From Dehalococcoidia bacterium (GTDB lineage: Bacteria > Chloroflexota > Dehalococcoidia > Lucifugimonadales > UBA3495), in contig CBDANN010000005.1 in the NCBI GenBank assembly GCA_965197635.1, forward strand, positions 50,219 through 114,218: a DNA stretch of 64,000 nt, read 5' to 3'. The translations under genes were made by a program, and so were the position numbers. The notes beneath the pieces were generated by a model. It had not been told where the DNA came from. It was given only the letters and a program-made list of their open reading frames with translations, and made no database searches. This document shows positions 10,491-17,743 of the stretch, one piece after another (within the stretch, counting starts at the first letter, position 1; each line of letters opens with the position of its first letter).

Positions 10491-11000
10491 ATGACCTACG
10501 CCCGCAATACCACCGTCAGCGCCATCCGCACCCACAACGAGATCGAGGAAGCCCTCGAGCGCTACGGCGCCGACGGCTTCGCCTACGCCACCCAGGGCAA
10601 CCTGGCCACCGTCATCTTCGCCATGGAGAACCGCCGCATCCGCTTCGTCCTGGCGCTGCCCGATCCCGAGGACTTGCGCCACACCAACCACAGTCCGCCC
10701 CGGGAGCGCAGCCAGAGGGCACAGCAGGAGGCCTACGACCAAGCGTGTCGCCAGCGTTGGCGGGCCCTGCTGCTGGTCATCAAGGCCAAGCTGGAGGCGG
10801 TCACCGCCGGCATCTCCACCGTCGAGACCGAGTTCTTGGCCAACATCGTTCTGCCCGATAACACCACTGCGGGCGAGTGGATGATCCCCCCAGATCGACC
10901 GGGCCTACCGCACCGGCGAGATGCCGCCCCCCGCTGCCCACTGCCGGGCAGACCGGCCAGCGGCCACCCGGCCCCATTCCGTTTCCTCCGGCCTGAATGA
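10491..11000 (+). CDS. conserved hypothetical protein of phage/plasmid type, 3' end possibly frameshifted
   Basis: MTYARNTTVSAIRTHNEIEEALERYGADGFAYATQGNLATVIFAMENRRIRFVLALPDP...QRWRALLLVIKAKLEAV resembles a hypothetical family I recall from actinobacterial mobile elements. C6 runs at 10886-10891 and 10927-10932 coincide with frame changes. Confidence 0.55.
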   Translation: MTYARNTTVSAIRTHNEIEEALERYGADGFAYATQGNLATVIFAMENRRIRFVLALPDPEDLRHTNHSPPRERSQRAQQEAYDQACRQRWRALLLVIKAKLEAVTAGISTVETEFLANIVLPDNTTAGEWMIPPDRPGLPHRRDAAPRCPLPGRPASGHPAPFRFLRPE

Positions 11001-11114
11001 CGCCCGTCCGTTGGAACCACCACCCCGCTGTGCGACAATGGCCCCGGCGGGACGGTTCACGCCCGTGCGCGAGACGGGCGACTTCACCACAGACCTTCCG
11101 CCGGGGAGGACGCC

Positions 11115-11375
11115 ATGCCGGAGCGACAAAAGCCCGTGGTGACCGAGTTGGCCCTGGCTGACGCTCTGGACCGGCTGGTGAACCAGATCGAAGAGCTCAG
11201 GGTCGACGCCGACCTGCGCGTGGTGATCACCACCGATGAGACCCAGCTGGTGAAGCTCACCTTCGCCGGCGCTCCCGGCGTGGGTGTCCCCCTGCAGCGG
11301 GGGGTCCGGGACATTCCCGGCGAGGTGGTCCGCCGCGTCTGGAACGAGGGCCTCCGCGACTACGAGATCGTCTAG
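11115..11375 (+). CDS. hypothetical small protein
   Basis: An 86-aa ORF with balanced composition (ELALADALDRLVNQIEELRVDADLRVVITTDETQLVKLTF). No known family. Confidence 0.4.
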   Translation: MPERQKPVVTELALADALDRLVNQIEELRVDADLRVVITTDETQLVKLTFAGAPGVGVPLQRGVRDIPGEVVRRVWNEGLRDYEIV

Positions 11376-11447
11376 CGCCCCGGGGCCCTTCCTGCAACGC
11401 CGGGAGGCGTTTGGCGTCAACAGCCGGCAAGTTGGCAACGCTGCGTT

Positions 11448-12149
11448 TCAGGTCGACAAACCGCTCCCTTCCCGGTGGTATCGGGCAAGCCGCTTGCCGG
11501 TGAGCTCCGCCAGATGCGCGTCCACCATCATAACGGTCGCCGCGTTGTCGGCCCGCAGCTCCACCGTCTTCATCCGGAACCCCTGGCTCCCCCGGGTTGC
11601 CTTCGTCCGGTTGCAGTAGGTACACAGCAGCTGCAGGTTGCGGACCTCATCCTCTCCGTTGTCGCTCAGCGCGACGATGTGATCCACCTCGAACCGCAGG
11701 TGATGGGGCTGGTGAAAACCGCAGCCCGGGCACACGCCCCGCTGAACCGCATAGAGGCCCATCCGCACCTCATCAGGAACGCTGCTCCGGTCTGAGCCAT
11801 TCCGGCGGCGTCGAGCCGGCCGTTTCTCGTACACCTCCACCGGCTCCAGGTACTCCTGTAGCAGCGCCACGTCCATGGGCCGGTCCGGCTCCCGGTACAC
11901 ATAATGACCGCGGCGAACCCTGGTTACCAGCCGCGGCGACGGCTTGCTGTGGCCCTGGGTAGTACAACCGGCCAGGTCGCTCAATTCCCGATTGACCAGG
12001 TTGCGGTCCCGCTTCGCCCGCGGATCAAAGTCGGCCACACCCAAGTCGGCCACCAATTCGTAAATCTCCTCAGTACTGAAGACGCGCCCCTGGTTGGCCG
12101 CCATCACCTGCACGATGTGGGGACGCAGACTGGTTGCTGCTTTGGTCAA
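11448..12149 (-). CDS. HNH endonuclease with N-terminal winged-helix (HARE-HTH-like) domain
   Basis: C-terminal HNH core CPGCGF...FEVDHIVALSDNGEDEVRNLQLLCTYCNRTK. The N-terminus IVQVMAANQGRVFSTEEIYELVADLG...RVRRGHYVY is wHTH-like. The start is uncertain (TTG 12149 or ATG 12104; the ORF is open to 12302). Confidence 0.8.
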   Translation of the reverse strand: MTKAATSLRPHIVQVMAANQGRVFSTEEIYELVADLGVADFDPRAKRDRNLVNRELSDLAGCTTQGHSKPSPRLVTRVRRGHYVYREPDRPMDVALLQEYLEPVEVYEKRPARRRRNGSDRSSVPDEVRMGLYAVQRGVCPGCGFHQPHHLRFEVDHIVALSDNGEDEVRNLQLLCTYCNRTKATRGSQGFRMKTVELRADNAATVMMVDAHLAELTGKRLARYHREGSGLST

Positions 12150-12349
12150 CTGCCTACCTCCATCGCGGCGTCCGTAGGACGCCAGAACGCCTCCTATCAA
12201 AGCCGAATTATAAACATTGTGGCACCCGGAAGGCCCGCAGCAGCACCACAAGCCGGGCCACCGGTCATGCACCCAAGCTTTGCCGCCCCAAAACGCCACC
12301 AAATCCGACAGATATACTCACCCGGAAACCTCAAACCGCATTTGCTTCC

Positions 12350-12531
12350 CAGGGCTATCGCACATGGATTTCGGAGACCGACCGAGGGGTGAATTGCTGT
12401 TTTAACTGCCAAATTTAGGCAATTGAGGGCCTCAATTGCTGGATAGTAGGGTGATTCGGCTGGAAAGGGCCGCCGAAAAGCTCAGGAAGTCCAGATTTGA
12501 ACCCTCGCAATTTTCATATGCGATAGCCCTG
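12350..12531. mobile_element. 182-bp MITE (CAGGGC-type TIR)
   Basis: TIRs CAGGGCTATCGCACATG (12350-) and the reverse complement of CATATGCGATAGCCCTG (-12531). Perfect 10-bp TSD ATTTGCTTCC at 12340-12349 and 12532-12541. Internal palindrome GCAATTGAGGGCCTCAATTGC. Confidence 0.85.
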
Positions 12532-12592
12532 ATTTGCTTCCGCTTTTTACTTGACAGATTATTAGATTACGACTACCTCTTCCCCATATCAG

Positions 12593-12611
12593 CAACGGTT
12601 GGCAACCGTTG
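12593..12611. promoter_or_regulatory. perfect palindrome CAACGGTTG-G-CAACCGTTG, candidate operator; TTGACA at 12551-12556
   Basis: 9-bp arms, located about 65 bp upstream of the RHH-protein ORF and downstream of a -35-like TTGACA. Confidence 0.4.
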
Positions 12612-12675
12612 CCCATCATCACCAACCCTCACCCATTGAATCTATCCCATCCTGTTCGTCCGCTGGAGCTACACC

Positions 12676-12909
12676 ATGCCTGCTACTTCACATCGTGCGA
12701 GGACAGTGCGCAAGACCGTGGCATTGGATCCGGAGACTTGGGAACGTTTCGATCGGATACTGACCCGCAAAGGCCTCAACGCCGCCGAGATGCTGCGCCT
12801 GCTCGTCGCAGACTGTGTTACTAGGGAGGAGCAGGCTATCAACGCTGACGACCATCACCAGCCTCCCCATAGAAACGGAGCCATGGCCGTGGATACCCAC
12901 CCACCCTAG
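12676..12909 (+). CDS. ribbon-helix-helix (CopG/MetJ-like) DNA-binding protein
   Basis: RKTVALDPETWERFDRILTRKGLNAAEMLRLLVADCV fits the strand-helix-helix pattern of RHH antitoxins and repressors. Confidence 0.55.
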   Translation: MPATSHRARTVRKTVALDPETWERFDRILTRKGLNAAEMLRLLVADCVTREEQAINADDHHQPPHRNGAMAVDTHPP

Positions 12910-12983
12910 GCGCATAGAAAAAGGCCAAATTGCTGAAAGGCCGCAAGCCGTCAGACCAGTACGCCCGGCATCCGCCTTTCGCC

Positions 12984-13799
12984 TAGGCAGTGTTGACATT
13001 TCATCGTAGCCAGATGAGGGCGGCAGCGAATTGCAGAAAGCCAAGGTATCGGCTGGCCAATTTGTCAAACCTGGAAAATACCCGGCGGTAGTGCTTCATC
13101 TTCCCGATGAAACACTCTACCACTTGGCGTTCTCGGTACAAATGCCGGTCGTAATCCCGCGGCGCCTTGCGGTTGGCCCGGGCGGGGATCACTGCCACCA
13201 TGCCCGCTTCTGCCAAATGGTCGATGAAGCTCCGTGCGTCATATCCTTTGTCCGCGATTACGTACTCACTCCGGTAGCCGGTGAGCAGCGCCGCCGCCTG
13301 GGTGATGTCATGCTGCTGTCCCGGCGTCAACGTGAACCGCAGAGGGTTGCCCAGTCCGTCCACGCTCACGTGAACCTTCGTGCTAAACCCGCCGCGACTG
13401 CGGCCCAGGGCTTGCGCTGATTGCCCCCCTTTTGGCGGAGCCTCCCCCAGCGCACTGGTGCGCTCGCACCACCGTACTGTCGATGACCAGGTACTCCAGG
13501 TCCGGTTCCGTACTGAAATGCCGGTGCATTCGCTCCCAGACGCCACGGTCGCACCAGCGGGCGAAGCGTTTGTAGACGGTGTTCCAGTTGCCGTACTCGG
13601 CCGGCAACAGTCGCCACTGCGCCCCGGAGCGATCCATCCACAGCACGCCCTCGACAAACCGCTGGCATTCCGCCGCGTCGCCAACGTACACGTCAGGGCA
13701 ATCCCACAGGAATTGCAAAATCTTCTCCCATTGGTCAGAGGGTATGGTTATACTCGACATGCCGCGATTGTACCGCAGTCCAAATGTCAACACTACCTA
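12984..13799 (-). mobile_element. IS5-family IS (IS427-like, two-frame transposase)
   Basis: TIRs GGCAGTGTTGACATTT (12986-) and the reverse complement of AAATGTCAACACTACC (-13797), embedded in CTAG at both ends (12983-12986 and 13797-13800). Confidence 0.9.
13001..13760 (-). CDS. IS5-family transposase, orfA/orfB joined by a probable programmed -1 frameshift
   Basis: orfA is MSSITIPSDQWEKILQFL...DRSGAQWRLLPAEYGNWNTVYKRFARW. orfB is GGFSTKVHVSVDGLGNPLRFTLTPGQQHD...YVIADKGYD...RERQVVECFIGKMKHYRRVFSRFDK. The slippery CCAAAAGGGGGG lies at about 13421-13432. Confidence 0.85.
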
Positions 13800-14081
13800 G
13801 TCACGAACCGGTAATTGCTCCGGCTTGACGCCGTACTTGGTCAAGATGGCGTCGACGAAGGGTTTGAGCACTGCCTCGGCCCGGTCAATGCGAATTGCCA
13901 CCGCGGACGCTGGGGCATGGTCATCGTCTTTGTCATAATGGACGATGACGTCCTCTGCGATTTCCTCACCTGCCTCGCTCCTTTGTCCGTTCTCAATGCG
14001 CAGGATTTGGCCTTTCGGGTCATACTCTACCCACGCCGGCGGTGTCGGCTCCCATTCAGGCTGTTTTATTGGTTGTCCCAC
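13797..14081 (-). CDS. DUF2283-like small protein (putative antitoxin)
   Basis: WVEYDPKGQILRIENGQRSEAGEEIAEDVIVHYDKDDDHAPASAVAIRIDRAEAVL matches the DUF2283 pattern as I recall it. A GTG at 14081 overlaps the upstream gene by 16 nt. The stop TAG lies in the CTAG where IS5 inserted. Confidence 0.5.
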   Translation of the reverse strand: MGQPIKQPEWEPTPPAWVEYDPKGQILRIENGQRSEAGEEIAEDVIVHYDKDDDHAPASAVAIRIDRAEAVLKPFVDAILTKYGVKPEQLPVRD

Positions 14082-14392
14082 GGCCGGCCTCCGTATCTTT
14101 TTGCCAGATTTTTGTTGTGGTAAGCGGTGAGAAATCTTCCTGTTCCAGGGTCGCCAACGAACACTATCGTTATCCATTGTGTGGAATCCGGCACCCTTCC
14201 AGTGAGGACAGTGCGCCGCTCGCCATACGTAGTATGTGTTGCGTAACGCTCGTAAGGTTCGGCAATGGTTTGCATAACCCATTCCGGGCGGATGCTGTCA
14301 TGCCGTTCTAACGCAGCTGCGCCATGCTCCGCAACCTTCGGCAATCGGTCAAAGGCTTGGCGCAACTGCTCAGTATCATCCGATTGCGCCAT
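14066..14392 (-). CDS. DUF4258-like small protein (putative toxin)
   Basis: A 108-aa ORF upstream of and overlapping the DUF2283-like gene, which is the usual order for that pair. The family call is tentative. Confidence 0.5.
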   Translation of the reverse strand: MAQSDDTEQLRQAFDRLPKVAEHGAAALERHDSIRPEWVMQTIAEPYERYATHTTYGERRTVLTGRVPDSTQWITIVFVGDPGTGRFLTAYHNKNLAKRYGGRPWDNQ

Positions 14393-14397
14393 GTAGC

Positions 14398-14561
14398 CAG
14401 GGCAATCGCATTTGAAATTACAACCCCGTCACGCCGGCGAAAGACGGAGTCCATAAGGTCATTGCATGAACGAATTGGAAACGTAATTAACGAATTCGGT
14501 CACTGGATTCCTACTTTCGCAGGAATAACGGGCATTAAACTGCCCATATGCGATTGCCCTG
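14398..14561. mobile_element. 164-bp MITE (CAGGGC-type TIR)
   Basis: Perfect 14-bp TIRs CAGGGCAATCGCAT (14398-14411) and ATGCGATTGCCCTG (14548-14561). Perfect 10-bp TSD GCCATGTAGC at 14388-14397 and 14562-14571. Confidence 0.9.
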
Positions 14562-14574
14562 GCCATGTAGCTCC

Positions 14575-15666
14575 CTACGTTGACGCTCCCGTCAAATCGG
14601 CGACCTCCGGCATGACCTTCTCGGCCAGGAGCCGCGTCGAATGCTCCCACCCGGACTGGTTTTCCGACTGGTCGTACACCAACATCAGGAGACCGCCGAA
14701 CCCGCCGACATCTCCATACAGCCGTCGGATCTTGCCCGCGACGGTGTCCGGGGAACCGATGAGCCACAGGTGGTCGGCCATGTATTCAATGTTAACGGCG
14801 TCGTCGGGAACCTCGTCGTCGTGCTTGAATACCTTCATCAGGTCAAACTCGCGGAACAGCGGCAGCAGGTAATCGTTCCAAACCCGGCCCAGCATTCCGT
14901 TGAGCGCCAGGTCGCGCGCTTCCTCGTCGGTGTCGGCCACGTACACGTCCCTTACCAGACGCCAATCGGCCCGCGACGGCGTGCGGCCCGTGCGCTCCGC
15001 GCCTTCCTCGATGGCTTCCCAGTGGCTGCGGCAGTAGTCGGCGTTGAGGGCCAGGCTCATGGGAATGAACCCGCGCTCGCCGGCGATCATCAGCGTGGGC
15101 GACTTGTAGCTGACCGACGCCACCCCGATGGGCGGATGGGGCTGCTGGTAGGGTCGCAGGAAAAACTCCAAAGTGCCGAACATGGGTTCCGGTATGCTGA
15201 CGTTCCAGTACTTGCCCTTATATTCAAAGGGGCCGTCGTTCTGCCAGATTTTCAGGATGATGTCCAGCGACTCCCGGGTCATTTCCCGGTGCTCTCCGTT
15301 GTTGCCATCGACATCAAACAGCGCCCAATCGCTGGGCAGACCGCTGGCTCCCACGCCGAACAGGAACCGCCCTTGGGACAAGTGATCCAGGTAGGCCACG
15401 CGGTGCGCCAACTCGGCCGGATGGTGGAAGGGCAACAGGTGCGCGCCGGAACCTAGCTTGATGCGCTTGGTCTTCATCAGTGCCTGCGCGATCAGCAGGT
15501 CAGGGGCCGGAATTGGCTCCCAGGGCGACGTGAAATGTTCGCCTATCCAGGCCTCGTCAAATCCGAGTTCGTCGCACAGGGTCAGGTATTCCAAATCCCA
15601 CTGGTGGGAGTCATAGATGTTCCGTTCCGGTGGATGGGACGGCATCATAAACAATCCGAACTTCAT
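14575..15666 (-). CDS. LLM-class (luciferase-like) flavin-dependent oxidoreductase
   Basis: MKFGLFMMPSHPPER...FDEAWIGEHF...LGSGAHLLPFHHPAELAHRVAYLDHLSQGRFLFGVGASG. SD GGGAGGAG lies before the ATG at 15666. Confidence 0.9.
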   Translation of the reverse strand: MKFGLFMMPSHPPERNIYDSHQWDLEYLTLCDELGFDEAWIGEHFTSPWEPIPAPDLLIAQALMKTKRIKLGSGAHLLPFHHPAELAHRVAYLDHLSQGRFLFGVGASGLPSDWALFDVDGNNGEHREMTRESLDIILKIWQNDGPFEYKGKYWNVSIPEPMFGTLEFFLRPYQQPHPPIGVASVSYKSPTLMIAGERGFIPMSLALNADYCRSHWEAIEEGAERTGRTPSRADWRLVRDVYVADTDEEARDLALNGMLGRVWNDYLLPLFREFDLMKVFKHDDEVPDDAVNIEYMADHLWLIGSPDTVAGKIRRLYGDVGGFGGLLMLVYDQSENQSGWEHSTRLLAEKVMPEVADLTGAST

Positions 15667-15808
15667 GGCTCCTCCCGCGACTTGCTCCGTGGCTCCCGGG
15701 GCTGGTCGAATATCATGGTCGTTGCCGTACCATAACATAATTGGCGCGCCTTTGGCGTAACTCCGCCCGTGTTATAGTGGCGCATCCATTATTGGCGAGG
15801 AGATCAAT

Positions 15809-16240
15809 TTGGCCACAGCACAAATCGGCAACCGAGTACGCGTCCACTATACCGGCCGCCTTGACGATGGCGAAGTGTTTGACTCATCGGAAGGCGGCAC
15901 TCCAATGGCTTTCACCATTGGCAACGGTCAGGTGATACCGGGGTTTGAGAACGGGGTTGTCGGCATGGCAACTGGGGACACCAAGACCGTTAACATCCCC
16001 TGCGCCGACGCCTACGGCGAGCGCCGCGATGACGGGGTGATGCAGGTGCCGAGGGGCGAGTTTCCTCCCGATATGCCGTTGGAAGTGGGAACCTCAGTGC
16101 AAGGCCAGCAACAAAGCGGACAGGTGGTCTCCTTCACCATCATGGCCGCCACCGATGAACAAGTGACCCTGGACGCCAACCACCCCTTGGCCGGCAAGGA
16201 CCTGACTTTTGACCTGACGTTGGTGTCTATCGAAGGGTAG
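15809..16240 (+). CDS. slyD: FKBP-type peptidyl-prolyl cis-trans isomerase, SlyD-like
   Basis: VRVHYTGRLDDGEVFDSS...FTIGNGQVIPGFENGVVGM...VTLDANHPLAGKDLTFDLTLVSIE. TTG start preceded by GGCGAGGAG. Confidence 0.85.
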   Translation: MATAQIGNRVRVHYTGRLDDGEVFDSSEGGTPMAFTIGNGQVIPGFENGVVGMATGDTKTVNIPCADAYGERRDDGVMQVPRGEFPPDMPLEVGTSVQGQQQSGQVVSFTIMAATDEQVTLDANHPLAGKDLTFDLTLVSIEG

Positions 16241-16265
16241 GTGCGAGAAATCTGGGCGGAACTAC

Positions 16266-16571
16266 ATGGATAGCGAAACCGACGGGCGGCGATGGTTCGC
16301 TACTTTGCTGAGTTATGCGCCAGTTTCAATTCGGAATGTGGTTGTCGGTGCGATGTTATTGCTGATTGTGGTTGTGGCCGGCGTAATAGTAGTCGATTTT
16401 GCAGCAGGTGATAACCCAACCACCCGACGACTGGAAACTTGGCTGAGAATGGCACTGATGGTTTTAGCCGTTCTGGTGGTTGCGCTGGCGTCGGGTGGTT
16501 CGTCCGTTACATATACCGACCTAACGTCGACCGGGACGGGAGTTGAGCCAGTTGAAGAACGATTTGAATAA
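16266..16571 (+). CDS. hypothetical membrane protein
   Basis: 101 aa with two long hydrophobic helices. Confidence 0.4.
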   Translation: MDSETDGRRWFATLLSYAPVSIRNVVVGAMLLLIVVVAGVIVVDFAAGDNPTTRRLETWLRMALMVLAVLVVALASGGSSVTYTDLTSTGTGVEPVEERFE

Positions 16572-16853
16572 ACTGAGCCAGGCAATGAGCACCCAAGACA
16601 GTGCCATCACGAAGACGCCAAATCCACCAGCGAGCACAACGTAGCGATGTTCGATCCAATAGCCTATCAAAAGGACCAGCAACGCCACCACAGCGCCAAG
16701 CAGGAGCGGGACATTGGCACGATCCAGTGCGATCATCTCGTTGGACGGTGCTCTGGTTTTTCGCTGCTGGGCACCTGAATCCGGCAGACTAAGACCATCT
16801 GCTGACGGGTTATTGGCATCCATAGGGGCACCTTGCGTCTCAGGCGTAGCCAT
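16521..16853 (-). CDS. hypothetical membrane protein
   Basis: Starts MATPETQG (ATG at 16853) and has two hydrophobic helices. It follows the SDR gene on the same strand. Confidence 0.4.
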   Translation of the reverse strand: MATPETQGAPMDANNPSADGLSLPDSGAQQRKTRAPSNEMIALDRANVPLLLGAVVALLVLLIGYWIEHRYVVLAGGFGVFVMALSWVLIAWLSLFKSFFNWLNSRPGRR

Positions 16854-16885
16854 GGCAACCTCTTCCACGCTTTCACTATACGAGA

Positions 16886-17701
16886 CTACAGCCGCACCTG
16901 CTGCCCCAGCGTCTGGTACGTAACCGGCGAGGTTGCCACCAGGCCGGCGTCCACCGGCAGCACCACACCGTTGATCCAGCGGGCCTCGTCGCTGGCCAGG
17001 AACAGGGCCGCGTTGCCGATGTCCCACGCTGTGCCTTCCGTACGCAGGGGCGCCGCTCCGCTGCGAACCTGGCGCAGGTCGTCGTCCATGCGCGGGGCGA
17101 CCATGGGCGTGTACACCAGGCCGGGCGCGATGCAGTTGGTGCGGATGCCGTCCGGCCCGTGGTCGGCAGCCATGGAGATTGTCAGCCCGATGACCGCGGC
17201 CTTGGATGCGGTGTAGGGCGTGCTGCTGTGGGCCCGCAGGCCCGCGATGGATGAAATGTTGATGATGGAGCCCCCGCCCGCTTCCATCATGCGCGGAATG
17301 GCGAACTTGCTGGCCAGGACGATGCTCTTGACGTTGACGGCCATGATGTGGTCCCAGTCTTCCTCGGATACTTCCACCACGGTGCCGCGCCGGGAGATGC
17401 CCACGTTGTTGTCCAGGATGTCGAGGCGGCCGTAACGCTCGATACAGCTTTCGACCATGCGCCGGCAGTCGGCGGCGTTGGTAACGTCGGCCTGAATGGT
17501 GGACGCGATGCCGCCCTCGGCCTGGATCATCTCCTGCGTTTCAGCGGCCCGCTCCTCGGTGACGTCAGCCAACAGGACCTTGGCTCCTTCCCTGGCGAAC
17601 AGCGTCGCCGTGGCCCGTCCGTTGCCGATGCCGGGGCCGCTGGAACCGGCGCCGGTCACGATTGCCACCTTTCCCTCCAGTCGCGGGCTGCGTTCAGGCA
17701 C
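16886..17701 (-). CDS. SDR-family oxidoreductase
   Basis: GKVAIVTGAGSSGPGIGNG (TGxxxGxG), NNVG, and the catalytic YTASKAAV. Confidence 0.9.
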   Translation of the reverse strand: MPERSPRLEGKVAIVTGAGSSGPGIGNGRATATLFAREGAKVLLADVTEERAAETQEMIQAEGGIASTIQADVTNAADCRRMVESCIERYGRLDILDNNVGISRRGTVVEVSEEDWDHIMAVNVKSIVLASKFAIPRMMEAGGGSIINISSIAGLRAHSSTPYTASKAAVIGLTISMAADHGPDGIRTNCIAPGLVYTPMVAPRMDDDLRQVRSGAAPLRTEGTAWDIGNAALFLASDEARWINGVVLPVDAGLVATSPVTYQTLGQQVRL

Positions 17702-17743
17702 GTTAGAACCTCCGTGATTGTTCGTGGGTTTGGGGTTGCCCCG

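Noticed and set aside
12532-14397. The two CAGGGC-type MITEs acting as a composite transposon around the RHH/IS5/TA segment
   Set aside because: Each MITE has its own perfect 10-bp duplication, so they inserted independently. No duplication flanks the pair as a unit.
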